NCBI GenBank assembly: GCA_004764695.1
Contig: SMSO01000034.1
Location: 992,001 to 1,056,000 of the forward strand
DNA length: 64,000 nt
Source: Schizochytrium sp. TIO01
Lineage: Eukaryota; Protista; Bigyra: Labyrinthulomycetes
Direction of reading: 5' to 3'
Part shown: piece by piece, positions 10,753-22,945 of the stretch
Position numbering within the stretch: position 1 is the stretch's first letter
Layout of the letters: each line of letters starts with the position of its first letter
The notes under the pieces: generated by a model
The model's input: only the letters and a program-made list of their open reading frames with translations
Databases searched by the model: none
What the model was told of the DNA's origin: nothing
Position numbers and translations under genes: made by a program

Positions 10753-11448
10753 CTATTTCTGTTGGCGTTTCGTCTTTTTGCGTGGTCGCTCTTGAATATT
10801 TGTTGCAAAAAGGTCAGCCATTTCATCCTCTCCAATAGCATCTTCTTCAAGAACCCGGTCTTTTGCCATCTGCGCTGCCATACGTTTGCTCTGGGCCTGG
10901 ACATCCTCGAGCTTGCGGTTAAAGGATCCAAACGACTTGCGGCCCGAAAGGTTTTGTGGCGCGACCTTCAGAGGTTCGCAAACAAGCTTTCCTGTGGTGG
11001 ACTGGAGCAGTGAAGGGTCGATAACCCACTTGTCTTCGCGCATCTTACGAAGACGAGCGGCCTCGGCCTGGGCTGCCTCGCGTTCATCCTCTTTGCGCTT
11101 CATAAACTTTAGACCTCGAACTCCCCGAGAGAGTTCTGTCTTCGGCTTCGCAGCGTAGTCTTCGCCACGCTGGGCGATGCCCGGCATGACGGGCCTGGAG
11201 TCCAACTCCAGGACGCCACCGGGACGACCATCATCGTCAACCTCGGGCCGAGATCGCTCTGCCGGCGCAGGAACAGGACTAGGCTTAGGCTTGGAGGCCT
11301 TCGGGCCGTGGAGACCGCCGGTCTTGCTGGCAGAAGAAGCTGGGTGAGGCTGCTTGCTGCGAGGATTGGCTGCCTGGGGTTTCTTCGAGGACGAGGACGA
11401 AGACTTCTTCTTCTTCTTGCCAGGTGCGGGTGCTCCGGGCCTCCACAT
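10753..11448 (-). CDS. MPHOSPH6: M-phase phosphoprotein 6 (nuclear exosome cofactor MPP6)
   Basis: LSRGVRGLKFMKR, a conserved W (EDKWVID) and GRKSFGSFNRKLE are the MPP6 family signature. Confidence 0.85.
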   Translation of the reverse strand: MWRPGAPAPGKKKKKSSSSSSKKPQAANPRSKQPHPASSASKTGGLHGPKASKPKPSPVPAPAERSRPEVDDDGRPGGVLELDSRPVMPGIAQRGEDYAAKPKTELSRGVRGLKFMKRKEDEREAAQAEAARLRKMREDKWVIDPSLLQSTTGKLVCEPLKVAPQNLSGRKSFGSFNRKLEDVQAQSKRMAAQMAKDRVLEEDAIGEDEMADLFATNIQERPRKKTKRQQK

Positions 11449-12943
11449 TGTGCCACAAAGCTTCAGCGAAAGTTGCTCTGGCTGACTGCAGTTCCGTTGG
11501 TAGAATGTTGATATGCCTTATGGTGACGGCGACGTTGAGCCCTGATTGTTGTACAAACATTTTCAATTTTCACTTCTCTTTTTCCTTTCTTTTTGGGTGG
11601 CCGTCGATATGGGTCACCTTCGACCAAAGAAATATTGGGTGGTGTTTTGATGCGTTGCGGAAATTCTAATCTTCAAGTTGATCCAAAAGGTGAAAGGACA
11701 TCTCAGCAATTATAAACACGTCTTCTTTCAGGGAGGAGGTGGGCGAATCTAAGAATTTTGGAATTCATGAGCGCTACATGCCAACGTGCTCGAATGTTTT
11801 CCCTTGCCAGACGCAAAGAGGTTTTTGAGGACTGAATGTGTAGTTGCGGTGAGGCTCAGTGGCGTTCGTTCGCAGGTTGTTGATTGGGCATAGAAGAAGA
11901 ATTGTAGCATGGAGCTCAAGACTCTAAGCACTTAACGATGTTATCACAGAGTGGCGACCTTGGACAATTAAATTTGGACAGCTTTTTAGAAGGTCAATCA
12001 GTTTCGTTTAAAGGAGCCCGGCTCACTGTCTAAAGCAAGCTGCAGCTTGCCTCAAAAGCATCTTATAATTGTCATAGGTGCCGCACAGCAAATTAGCGGA
12101 CGAAGTCTTCCGGGCTAAATAGCCCTTTTCTCAGAGGAGTGAACTTTCTTAAAACGTTCCATTCTAATCTGTGCAATCCCCGCACTGGCGTAGCGAGATG
12201 CCGTTTGATTCGATGAGACCAAGGTGATAGAACTAAGCACCAAAATCTCCAGCTATCCTGCATTTCTAGTAGTGCTTGTGGTGTCAGTGCTTCGTTCGAA
12301 GGCTTCGGATGACAATCCTTTCATTCCATTGGGTCATGCTCCGATACGGCTTTGCCACAATGGTGCCGACAGCGGACCTTTCACAGAACGTGAGATTGAT
12401 CACTACAGCCTAACTCTCTTGTAGCCAGGGCGGAATTGAGTGCTTCTTCAGAATCTCTTCAGAACCTCCTCAACACCCAATGCGCTCTGCACGAGCACAG
12501 AACCATTCTCCGCTCACGCCACCTGATCAATGAGAGCTTTCGTAATGCGACGCGTGAATTGTTATTTCTACCCGACGATTCCTCACGACAATCGAATTCG
12601 CTAAAATGGAGAGGCACCCCTGAGAGTATCAAGTCGCGGGTCTTGCCTCCGATGCGGCGTTCCATAGCGGTTCTGCGCGTTCCGATTTTCAGAAAAGACA
12701 CTTTCGTGAATAGAGAGTGAAATGAACGAAAAAGAGAAATCAAAAGAAAGGAGGGATCTCTGAGCAGCAAATCGCAATCGCTCTGCGGTTGCAGTTTGCT
12801 TTGCAGGAGAACTTCGGGGTTTGCATTTGTTGAACAGCTTACCTTGTAACTTCTTATTTTCACGTGTAGTTGTTGTTTGCCTTTTGGTCCGGTTGGTTGC
12901 TCAGCTTTCGTTTTCGTTCGATCATCCCAATTGGATCGAGACT

Positions 12944-15033
12944 ATGCCGGCTTCGCCCTGGGCTACGGCAGCCTCTTCGGCTCCCGCTTGTGGACCTAGC
13001 ATGGCGGACATTATGAGCTCGCAGCTTGCAGAAAGTATGTCTAAGAACGATTTTCCTGAGATCTCCAGCTCTGGTCAAAATTCCAACAATACCGCAGATG
13101 CAAGACGCTTTTCTGGCAGTGGCGGCAATGTCTACGATGATGATGACGCAGATCTGAAGCTGGCTTTAGCACTTTCAAGAGCTGAAGCTTTTGGATCAGA
13201 TGATTCTGGTGCGTATGCTGCTGAGGATGCAGATGATGGCTATGGTGAGCAAGCTCTTAAGGACTCGCAGCAGGACAAAGTTGAGACCAATGATGCCAAA
13301 GAAAGCCCCTCTGTAGACGAGGCAGCAGATTTGGCACTTGCCCTAAGCCTACAAGAGGAGGAAGAAGCTGCATTGGAAACTTTTCGAGCCTATGAGCAGA
13401 AGAACTTCGCAGGAAAAGTTAAGCTCCGCTCAAGATTTCGCACACCTGAGGAGATTTATGCAGCACAGCTCTCAGCTGCAACGCCAGAGAATGTGAGATA
13501 TTCTGCAGACGATGCCGACGCGTTGAAAGCGGAAATGGATAGCATTCGTGACGCATTTGCGGAAGAGCTTGGATCTGGGGTAAAAACAAATGGCCAACGA
13601 CTGCCGCCATGGCCAGTACGTAACAAGGCTCTCAAGGGACAGGGCGGTGACGAGGAGATTATTACCAAACACGATTCAGAAATTAGTGCCCAGCGCAACT
13701 GGGCAAAGCTTGCAAATGACCCACGTACAGGCAAGGCTGGATCTGGTCCAGGTAATCACAAAATCTCGAACCGTGTTTACAACTCGCTAAAACACAACAT
13801 GCGTAAGCAGCAGAATACCACCAAGGGTCTGTCAGCAACTGTGGAGCGCGATACTATGCAAACACATGCAAAAGGTTTAGATCAGCGTGCTCGGCTTACT
13901 CTACAGAAACTTCTGAATGCAGGCTTGCTTGAGGAAGTGAACGGCATCGTGCGTACAGGAAAGGAAGCTGTCGTATTCCACGCAACTGGTCTCTATGACA
14001 GTGCTGCGGAGTACGGTGAGGACATTCTTCAGCATATGCCTGAGGAGGCCTCGGAATTATGGGGTCAGAACGGCACTGAAGACTCCACTAACAAGGATGC
14101 GAGCCCTTCAAGCGGCGAAGTCGCGGAAGAAAGCGAGACTTCGAATCTCAAGGATTATGGCGATACCATCACGGGCATGGTTCCCTCAGACGGAGAGGAG
14201 GACGAGGATAGCGTTCACGAAGAGGAAACTGCAACCAAAAAGCGTTCTAGGAAGCGAAACAAACCTATGGAGGAGGTTGTCATTCGAGACTTTGCAATTA
14301 AACTCTTTAAAACGACCTTGACAGAGTTTAAGAATCGGTTGGACTATGTAAGGGTGACCATCGCTTTCGTGTTGTTGAGCAGTTGACTCGTCAGAACCCT
14401 CGAAAGGTGGTTCGTGTGTGGGCCGAGAAGGAAATGCGTAATTTGACTCGCGTCCGCCGTGCTGGCCTACCGTGTCCGTACCCAGTAGCACTGGTTAATA
14501 ACCTGCTTGTGATGGAGTTCATCGGCGAGAATGGTTGGCCTGCACCACAGCTTAAGGAGGCAAATATTTCAGTGAGACGCATGGAGAAGTGCTATGAACA
14601 AGTTACCTGCATCATGTTTGCTTTGCTTGCGCAGTGCGGACTTGTGCATGCAGATCTTAGTGAATACAATATTCTTTACATGCATGGTAAATGCTACGTC
14701 ATTGATCTTGGTCAGGCTGTCCTCCACGTTCATCCTAAGGCGCGTCAATTTCTTCTGACTGATTGTGTGAATGTGACTCGATTCTTCCAATCTCGTGGGG
14801 TGAGACAGTTGATTGAACCAGAAATTTTGGTAGATCTGCTGATGGATTCTATGCTTCCAGGCAGAACTAAGCCGCAGAGCTTCGACGAAGCTTGCCAAAT
14901 GTGGTTACCTCAGTTTAATGAGGCAGTTAGCGCCTCTGAATTGGGTGGTGACATTCCTGAAATGGTTGCTCACGAAAATGAGTTGCCGATCATCTCTTCT
15001 TCACAAGCGCCTGCTCCGAACTTGACCGCATAA
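12944..15033 (+). CDS. RIOK3: RIO-family atypical Ser/Thr kinase, RIOK3-type; split by an apparent 1-nt frameshift at about 14351
   Basis: The N-terminal PW..SMADIMSSQLA, ITKHD....RN and ISNRVYNSLK blocks match RIOK3. Kinase motifs are TGKEAVVFHA, AIKLFKTTL.EFKNR, NPRKVVRVWAEKEMRNL, LVHADLSEYNIL and IDLGQAV. ORFs 12821-14386 and 14383-15033 join through GDHRFR read in the second frame. Confidence 0.88.
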
Positions 15034-15471
15034 TTAGGTTTACTTTCGTGCTACAAAGTAATCAGCATAAAGTAATTTCGAATGGATTAGTGAAACTAGA
15101 ATAGAAATAGATGTTTTTTTTTTTTTTTGAATCCCGTTGTTAGGCAGTAAAGTATCAATCGTCAGGTATTTTTTTTTTCTAAAGATTCTCAAAATTTTGT
15201 ACCAATTCCTCATTTTGAAAACACAAGATGGCTGCGTTTATTTATTTATTATTATTTTAAAATAAGTCTAAGCTTATAGGTGTTACTCATCGTTCATGCC
15301 AGATTCTTGATCACCTCTGAAATCAAGCCTTCAAAACTAGGGAATGCCATTTAGTTTCTGACTTGGATTTGAATTTGGGAGGGAATTCTTCCACCATGGA
15401 TAGATGTCGTCAAGACAAGATGGTAAGAGCAGTAATAAATTGAAGATTTCTAACTACTATTGTCAAATGCA

Positions 15472-16371
15472 TTAGTTCGTGGAGCCTTTTGAGACGTTTT
15501 CACCTATTAGAGGCAGGCTCGATAAAGTGTTACTGAGCTCAACCAGATTCCACGGGAGAAACTCAGTAATCGCAAGACCGACAATCGGAGCTTGGGCATT
15601 GGCTGCTTTGAGAATCTTGCTAATCTGCGGAAGCTGCATCTTTCCCTGAGCGATACCATCAAAGGCACTTTCTGGCACATTGGGGTTTCTAAAGTATAAG
15701 AAATCATACAAACTGGCCGATAGGACGTCGAGGTCGAAGTGTACAGCAATATACTTCGCATTGCGCTCCTTGAGCCAATCGATAACAGGGTCCGGAGAAT
15801 CAGCGAGGTCTTCTGGGGACAGAGCAGCAAGGCCCTTCTCCTGAATAAAACCGGACTCAAAGGAAGAGGGTTCGTTCAGACCCACGTAGAGCACTTGCTC
15901 CGGTTTCAATTTAAGCGGAACCTGATCCACAAAGTCCTTATCGCCCTCGCCCATAAGCATGGCAAGAACGTGAGCGTGAGCATGATTATACTCATTAGGG
16001 CTCATAATATCAGGGTGAGCATCAATCCAAAGTACTGCAAGATCTTCTCCATACTTCTCGTTAAGGTACGCAATAGGCGCAAGGTCAACGAGACAGTCTC
16101 CTCCTACCGTGACAATCGAATCTGGTTTGTGCTTGTCGATGGCTGCAAATGCCTTATCAAGATTGTCAAGAAGTGCACTACGCGATAGGATTCCATCTTC
16201 TTCCTCGCGTTCCTCCTCCTTTGCGGGGGGCACTGCAACTTTCTCCACGGGGCCAGTAGCCTCTGGCAAAATAGCTGCAAGAACCCTGGCACCAAGATGG
16301 TATGTTGGCTGGTCTCCACCCTGCCACTGAGGCAAGACGAGTCTGAGAGTTTTGCCTAATCCCTGTTCCAT
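15472..16371 (-). CDS. Arginase/ureohydrolase-family protein, bacterial-type (PQWQGG...GGDC subfamily)
   Basis: KTLRLVLPQWQGG..Y.LGA, GGDCLVDLAP, WIDAHPD, HAHAHVL, HFDLDVL and GLAITEFLPW. First ATG is at 16371 (MEQGLG); no intron. Confidence 0.9.
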   Translation of the reverse strand: MEQGLGKTLRLVLPQWQGGDQPTYHLGARVLAAILPEATGPVEKVAVPPAKEEEREEEDGILSRSALLDNLDKAFAAIDKHKPDSIVTVGGDCLVDLAPIAYLNEKYGEDLAVLWIDAHPDIMSPNEYNHAHAHVLAMLMGEGDKDFVDQVPLKLKPEQVLYVGLNEPSSFESGFIQEKGLAALSPEDLADSPDPVIDWLKERNAKYIAVHFDLDVLSASLYDFLYFRNPNVPESAFDGIAQGKMQLPQISKILKAANAQAPIVGLAITEFLPWNLVELSNTLSSLPLIGENVSKGSTN

Positions 16372-17112
16372 AATGACTTTCTCCAGCGACCGTAGTACGA
16401 TAAAGCCTTGCCTTTGTCTTAGCCCCTCGCAAGCCCACAAAGCTTTCAGGTTGGAAATGGATTTGCTGTTCGTTCACAGTTCTTAAATTATTATTACTAC
16501 TGTTATTAAAATCTTATAATAATCATGAACATGCTTTTCAGTCATTAGGACATTAATAGGTCAATTGTCAAGTGATGAATCTAAACCGCAAAATAATACT
16601 TTTCACCCATTGAAACGCACAGAAATAGATAGAGTAGTATGTGCCATCAACACATTGATATTCATGACCGGCTAATGCTTCTAAACTGCAAGATTTAAAG
16701 GCAAGCTTCAATCCATGTAGATCACGATAGCTTCACCAATCAAAAGTCAGTAAACTGGCGTCGAGAGAGGTAACGCAAACACACAAGATACAAAAATGCT
16801 ACAAGCAACTTTCTTTGTAAAAACAAAAAAAAACAAAAAAACAAAAAAACACTCAAACACTCACAGCATCATAAACCTCTTAGAGAGACTGTTGCATAAA
16901 CGTGGCTGAGAAATCGGTCAAGATTATTGTTGTTCTCATCGGATCTGACTCGTTTTAGAAACCTGTGTTTGCCTTGTTAATATGTGAAGCAAAGAGATGA
17001 CCTCTAAGTAGGGACATCGAATATTATTTCAATGTTCTCAACATATAGAAGCACTCTCTTCATGGTCTGTAGGACCTAGTTAGAAAGCATTCGACTTTTT
17101 AAAATTAATTTA

Positions 17113-17114
<2 letters not shown>

Positions 17115-17180
<66 letters not shown>

Positions 17181-17191
17181 AAGAAGAAGAA
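17115..17191. repeat. Compound microsatellite (AAT)n-(AAG)n
   Basis: Read directly: about 12 AAT units abutting about 13 AAG units. Confidence 0.97.
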
Positions 17192-18550
17192 TCCTTATAA
17201 GGTCGGGTTTTCTTGAATTTTTGCCGACTTATCTCTTTAGCATGTGATTCAGAGATCTTCAAGGGGCGCGCGGGGGGGGGGTTCTCCTCACATTCGCGAG
17301 TGTCCATACAAACACGCAAGCAAGACGAAGAGGATAGCGACGCTAGATATCTGTGATAGATTTTCTCAAGGCGATGTGCTTTGTTTGTTTGATACTTGGT
17401 TTTTACCCAGTCAAACAGTTCGATAGACTCTTGAAATGTTTCTCATGCACCTTTTGCGCGAAGCTGAGCAGAGCTTGCACTGAGGATCAAAGATGATTAG
17501 CTGGTAATGGTATGGACCACACGTGTAGCTGCGCAAATCGACACAAAACAATGGTAGTAGGTTCTGTATTTGACACAACTCAAAGATGGATGGATGAATA
17601 TACAAGCTTAAACACAAGAATCAAAGCTATCTTTGATGAAAAAGGATGCTTTAATGCCTCATCTATCAACAAGTCACACTCTCGGATTTTACAGATATGA
17701 TATACACACACAGAGGCTCCCCTCTGTACATGTATAGTCTATGCATCTTTGACCAGTAGCTGCTGCCGTATAAAGGGCACACTCGAAAGAAGCGTTGACA
17801 CTCTTATCAGCATATGACGATTTCTTGCTAGTTGCAGTGCTTGTACCAGGCAACCTTCTTAGTTACGGAAAAGGCCCAAATGCTACATCTAACAAGTATA
17901 AAGAAGCACAGATCAACCTAGATGGGGAAAAAAGAAGAAATATTATTTTAATTCTTGGAAATGCAGGTATACTCGTCAGCAAGCTAGAGAATCAGCAAAT
18001 ATGCATACAAATAATACAAATTACAGAGGAGCTCATCATACTTAACACATGCACAAACAAGAACAAGACTATCTTGAAGCACAACCTATTTGAGAACGCC
18101 AATATCCTGAGGCTTTTTAAAGACCCCGCATTCTCTGTTCAAGGTCGATAAAGGAACCAGAGAGTCTACGAAGAAAGCATCACTATTACGGAAATCTCAT
18201 TTGAGGCCTATGTTTCATTCAGTAAGGTATTCCCAGGGGTGTCAAGATTGCAAGATCAAGGTTCATAATGACAAAAGGTTGAGCAAAAGAAGAAAAAAAA
18301 AGAGACGTAACATAGTGCTCAAATTGATGAGTTGCTATTCCATTTGCAACTAGTAAACTAAAAAGGTAGATCTCAAAACACAAACGCCAACTCACTGACA
18401 ACCTAAGTATCAAAATACGCGTTGATTGTAGCGTGAGCCTACATTTAGCTTCTATCCTTACTCATCCAATAAAAGCAAGTCAAAGTAGTAAAGGCTGGAG
18501 GTAGCGAGGAGTCAATTTACGGGCAATCCGCATTAATTAAGCTAGATGGC

Positions 18551-19684
18551 TCAAAAGAGGAGAGCCACGAAGCACATTAAAAGTAAGAGGAGCGGGCCAG
18601 CAACATGCTGACGAGATGCAGGGCTTGGGCTGCTGGTAGGCACTGTTCCGATATAGTCCACTCCGGAGTCTTGAAATGTGAGGAAGTAGTCGTCACCAGT
18701 GACATGAGCAGCATAGTAATGGATCCAATATTCATAGTAAGAGACACGAGTATAAACATCTGGGTAAGCAGGCTCTGTATCTGCGCAATCAAATCCCCAA
18801 GAAACAATTCCAATAACCACTTCCGTTGAGTTGGATCTTGTTACCATCAAAGGACCACCAGAATCACCTTGGCAAGAGCCTTTGCCGCTACTCATCGCAC
18901 AAACTTCCACATCGCTATCAAGAGGAGCACCACCACTGCTGATAAGAGTATAGCATTTTAAGTTTGAAATGATTTGGAGTGTGACTTCGCGCAGGTATGA
19001 AGTAACAGAATTTCCATAGCCTGTGACACCATAGCCAGAAACTGTAGCATTCTCACCTACAGTAAGTTCAATGTTTTTACCAGCCAACACAGCAGGAGTG
19101 GCAGAAACTGAGGTCGAGTCTGTGAAGGCAAGATATGCAATGTCATTTTGGTATACGGTGCTATCATAATCTTGATGCACTACTTTGTATCTAGCTGAAG
19201 CCAGAAAATACGCGTCGGAGTCAGAGTCGGGGTCAGAGTTGTACATCTCGATATTGTTCACAAGAAACAATGCATATGCTGCGTTCAACGTATCAACAAC
19301 ACAATGGGCTGCAGTGAGCACCATATGGTAGCCTCCATTATGCCCAACATAGCTGCCTCCACACAAGTATGTTCCGTCCGACTCAACTAGCAAAAGGGCA
19401 ACAAGCCATTCCCTCTTTGTTGGATCTGCAACCACTCCATCCACGATACGAGTCGAAGCCAAACTCGACCTAATCGATGCGACAGACTCTGCGTCGAGAT
19501 AACCAGATTTAATTTTGGCTACAATATCATCGCTGACCTTTGTCAGGTTAGCGCGGTTCGCTGCGTTGTACCCAGCAGGCACCTCATCCAAGTTCATAAT
19601 TTTAGCCTGGCTAGGTGTAGCGCCGAGCACGGCGAGCACTGTAGCCAGTGCAAGTGCCATCCCAGCCCTCATCATGGCCTTCAT
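18551..19684 (-). CDS. S1A serine protease, array copy 1; secreted, GPI-anchor-like; G189/D226
   Basis: Signal peptide, R-IVDG, TAAHC, NDIAYL, KGSCQGDSGGP, SWG, YPDVYTRV, hydrophobic C-terminal tail. Confidence 0.93.
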   Translation of the reverse strand: MKAMMRAGMALALATVLAVLGATPSQAKIMNLDEVPAGYNAANRANLTKVSDDIVAKIKSGYLDAESVASIRSSLASTRIVDGVVADPTKREWLVALLLVESDGTYLCGGSYVGHNGGYHMVLTAAHCVVDTLNAAYALFLVNNIEMYNSDPDSDSDAYFLASARYKVVHQDYDSTVYQNDIAYLAFTDSTSVSATPAVLAGKNIELTVGENATVSGYGVTGYGNSVTSYLREVTLQIISNLKCYTLISSGGAPLDSDVEVCAMSSGKGSCQGDSGGPLMVTRSNSTEVVIGIVSWGFDCADTEPAYPDVYTRVSYYEYWIHYYAAHVTGDDYFLTFQDSGVDYIGTVPTSSPSPASRQHVAGPLLLLLMCFVALLF

Positions 19685-22600
19685 CTTCAGTCTCCGCGTC
19701 TCTCACACAAGCCCCAAGCCAGACCCCAACTCGCTTTCCGAAGGCCTCTGGTCGTGGCCAAGTTTCTTTGCGGGTTTGTTGCACATGCTCGTGCGTGCAC
19801 TACTCTACTACCTACTCATCATAACAAAGAAGCTGGGTAGTACTTAGTACCGAGGCTACTAGAAGCACGGAGAGGAGTCCAAGAATTAGTTATATGGAGG
19901 CAACTGCGTAGTAAAATTCAATTGCTCCGTCTCTCTGGGCATTAGGAACCTCTATGTGCGATTCTACTCAGCCAAATGTCCATTAATGCTCGCATAATGC
20001 ATGATTTGTTTATTACTTGCGCAAGCCTTCCAAACACGCCATGCTGGACTCTTCGAGGAGAGAGGGATGCTCTCGAGCTGCTGCTGGGCTCAAGCACTTG
20101 CGACGATGCTGTCAAGCTCATTGGCCTGGCGACCTGAACGCCTCAAAGTCTGATGCTGGATGCGGACCTCAGGTACCTGGGCATTGCCTTTCTATAAACA
20201 AATTCACTGTCCTTGGGTGGAGAGAAGTGAAGCAGAATGGGTCCTCTGAAACAAACCTTTATGGCTATGACTACATACGCTTAAGCTATAGTGCACACTT
20301 TGCGTATATTACTCTTTCGGCACGTGCACTGTAAGTGGTATATATGATTGTATGGTATGCAAAATCAGGTAATGTTGAAGAAGGAGTTCGAGTCTTTTGC
20401 CCGCAATGCATTACTCAAGCACCGATGCCCTGCATCTGCTGCTACCACCATGTTTTCCATGCACTTAAAAGGCACTTGTGCAAAGGTCGAGAGAGCTTTT
20501 GTGCGAGTTTGGCAGCTCATATTCGATTTCTAAGGGCCAGCTTTCCCCCTATTAATTTATTGTTTTCTTTTTGTTTATTAATATAAATATTTTAATTTAA
20601 TTACAAATAATTACAAATTACAAAACGCTGCCATTCTGCCAAAGTAGGTCGCACGCCCCAGCTTTGAGCGATGGTGGGGGTATTCGGAGGGAACGGGAGG
20701 GGCTTCGTTTATAAATCTGGATGCAGCCAGTCGTGCTGGGCATGGCCAAGATGCACCTCAAGCACTCACTGAATCCAATGCAAAGTCCATTTAGAAGAAG
20801 GACTCCTACCAGATTCCGCTAACTATTCATTATTGTTTTACGGGTGCCCTACTGTAACACCTAAGGACTTGCACATGCTATTCGAAGTTACCAAAGTGTT
20901 AGTCGGTTTGCTTTCTCTTATTTCTCACTCTCCGTCTCTTTCTGTCTTTTATCGATTATTTAGTTATATTATATTTTTTAATCTTATGATGTGATGTCGA
21001 AGGTAATATGCGCCTTTTTTGTAATACCAATCAATGGTCGATGGTGTGCCTTTGGTTATTCTCGTTCATCTCTTGACCTTTGTTTCACCAGGTTTGAGCA
21101 CGCTTCCCTGTGCTGGCATCGAAACGATTTCAAGCACCACTTTAGGGTCGCCGCACCGGTATAGCTTCGAGGAGGTGCCCGTCTGAATGGGTTTTTCTGT
21201 TTCTCACCGACCTGTGGCCAGCTTGGGTGGCTTACTACAGTAGGGCAATAATTTCATAGTGCGGGACTTGTGAATGGCAGATACCATAATAATGGCAGCT
21301 CATCTTGCGACACAAGTACGAACTGGGCATTTGGGGAAGCGGAGGCGCTCAAAAGCCCTGGAATTGATACTAAGGCCCGCCATTAGTCGTGATGGCCATG
21401 TGATCTGGGTGCTTTTCCTGCTTTCACCACTACTAGTGAGGGATGTTTCACAATCGTCCAGCGCAAGACTTCAAGGACTTAGAAGAAGAATCATGAGTAG
21501 CTGTGTCTAAAAATGCACAGTAGTACTACCTCAGGCTGACTTCGAAAGAGGGAGAAGCGTTCCCATTACCTAGGTCGGTAATGGGTAAATTTTTTTAGCT
21601 TGAAGGTAAAACAATCACGAGCGAGCGAGAAACCTGTCTCTCTCTCTCTCTTTCTCTCTTTCTTCGCGCTGCCTAACACTTGAACTAGAGAAAGAAGTGC
21701 TTCTGGTTGCTTCAAAGCAAGTATCGTGTCGTTTGTTTGAGTATGTTACAGAGCTTAGATATGAGTGCTACCTACCTTTAATTCGGTAGCTATGGCACTT
21801 TCCCTCTTTGGGATAAATTTAATTTTGACTCGACTCCTGACGAGGCAACTGGCAAGTTCTGATCGCCACAGTTTATCATCAGAAACTATCGAGCTGACCG
21901 CTGCCCATGATGACTCTTCCATTTGAAATAACTGACTGTCCGTAAATTCCGTATCCTTTCATGGGAACTGGGGAACTTGACCTCTATATTTGATGTACTC
22001 ACCAAATCCTGATATCAATCACATTCATCAACTGATATCTTTAAGTTGAGAACCCCCTCTCAATACACAATCACTTTAGTGTCTGGGAGTACAGGTACCT
22101 GTCTACCTACTGCCATAGTAGTTCCAATTTCCCTCGCTAGATTCATTTGTAAACTGTTACGCGCTACATATTCAATCAGCTCCTATACATTCTCGATTCC
22201 TGTTGCCTAGTGATCTATCTACACGACGCTTGTTCGTCGGGCAGTCCTGATCTACTTTCTGGTAAATCATTTAACTAGAAAAAATACAATTTCTTAGGCC
22301 TTTGTCTTGCTGCATCTAGCTACTAGGTACCTATCTAAGAAATATTTGGGAGACAAAACTGGGCAGCTTTGCTTATTTACCACCTCTGAGTAGAGTCCAG
22401 CATTGTCCAGCACCTTCACATTTCTAATTACCATTTTCCGTAAAATCCCTAGAAGGACATGGGCACTTGCAATTGGTGTTGTGTAAATAAGCGATCTCAT
22501 GCTTGAGGGTTCCTTATGCCCCGGATTCGTTGTGTCATTGAAGGGTAGCTGTTCAATAACATAATTTGAAGTATGTATGTCTCGTGGAGATATAATTTCC

Positions 22601-22945
22601 TACGATGCAATGACATTATTTGCGTTGCATCCTCAAAAGAGATAGCAGACAGAAAAAGTTGCTTACTTGTTGTTATGTTCTAGAAGTGAGTGAGTTTTGG
22701 GTAATGTGTTGATACAAATGGATGAAGTACTATTCACCCACTCACACAGAGTGGTGCTAGGTCAGACCTCACAATTATTGTATTGTAAGAGAGTCGCGTA
22801 TGTTCAAAGTGCAAGGCATAGGTCAGATCGTCATTTTTCAATAGATCCGAGGTGCCTTTCATCCTTTTTAAAAAGTTAATTGAAAATCGTGACTGAGATG
22901 ATTTCCAATATAACCTCGGAACTAGGGATAGTCAAGAGGCGGGTT

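Noticed and set aside
12821-12943. Hydrophobic N-terminal extension on RIOK3 (and upstream extensions on the arginase and copies 4, 8 and 11)
   Set aside because: Mostly artefacts of TTG/GTG starts in the ORF track. Homology or the signal peptide begins at the downstream ATG.
14348-14355. Programmed ribosomal frameshift in RIOK3
   Set aside because: There is no X XXY YYZ slippery heptamer or evident stimulatory structure. An indel or splicing explains it more simply.
17110-17319. Poly-Ser/poly-Tyr ORF
   Set aside because: Translation of the AAT/AAG microsatellite.
21562-21596. 9-bp hairpin followed by a T-run resembling a rho-independent terminator
   Set aside because: Eukaryotic context, no gene ends here, and such a stem is expected by chance in 64 kb.
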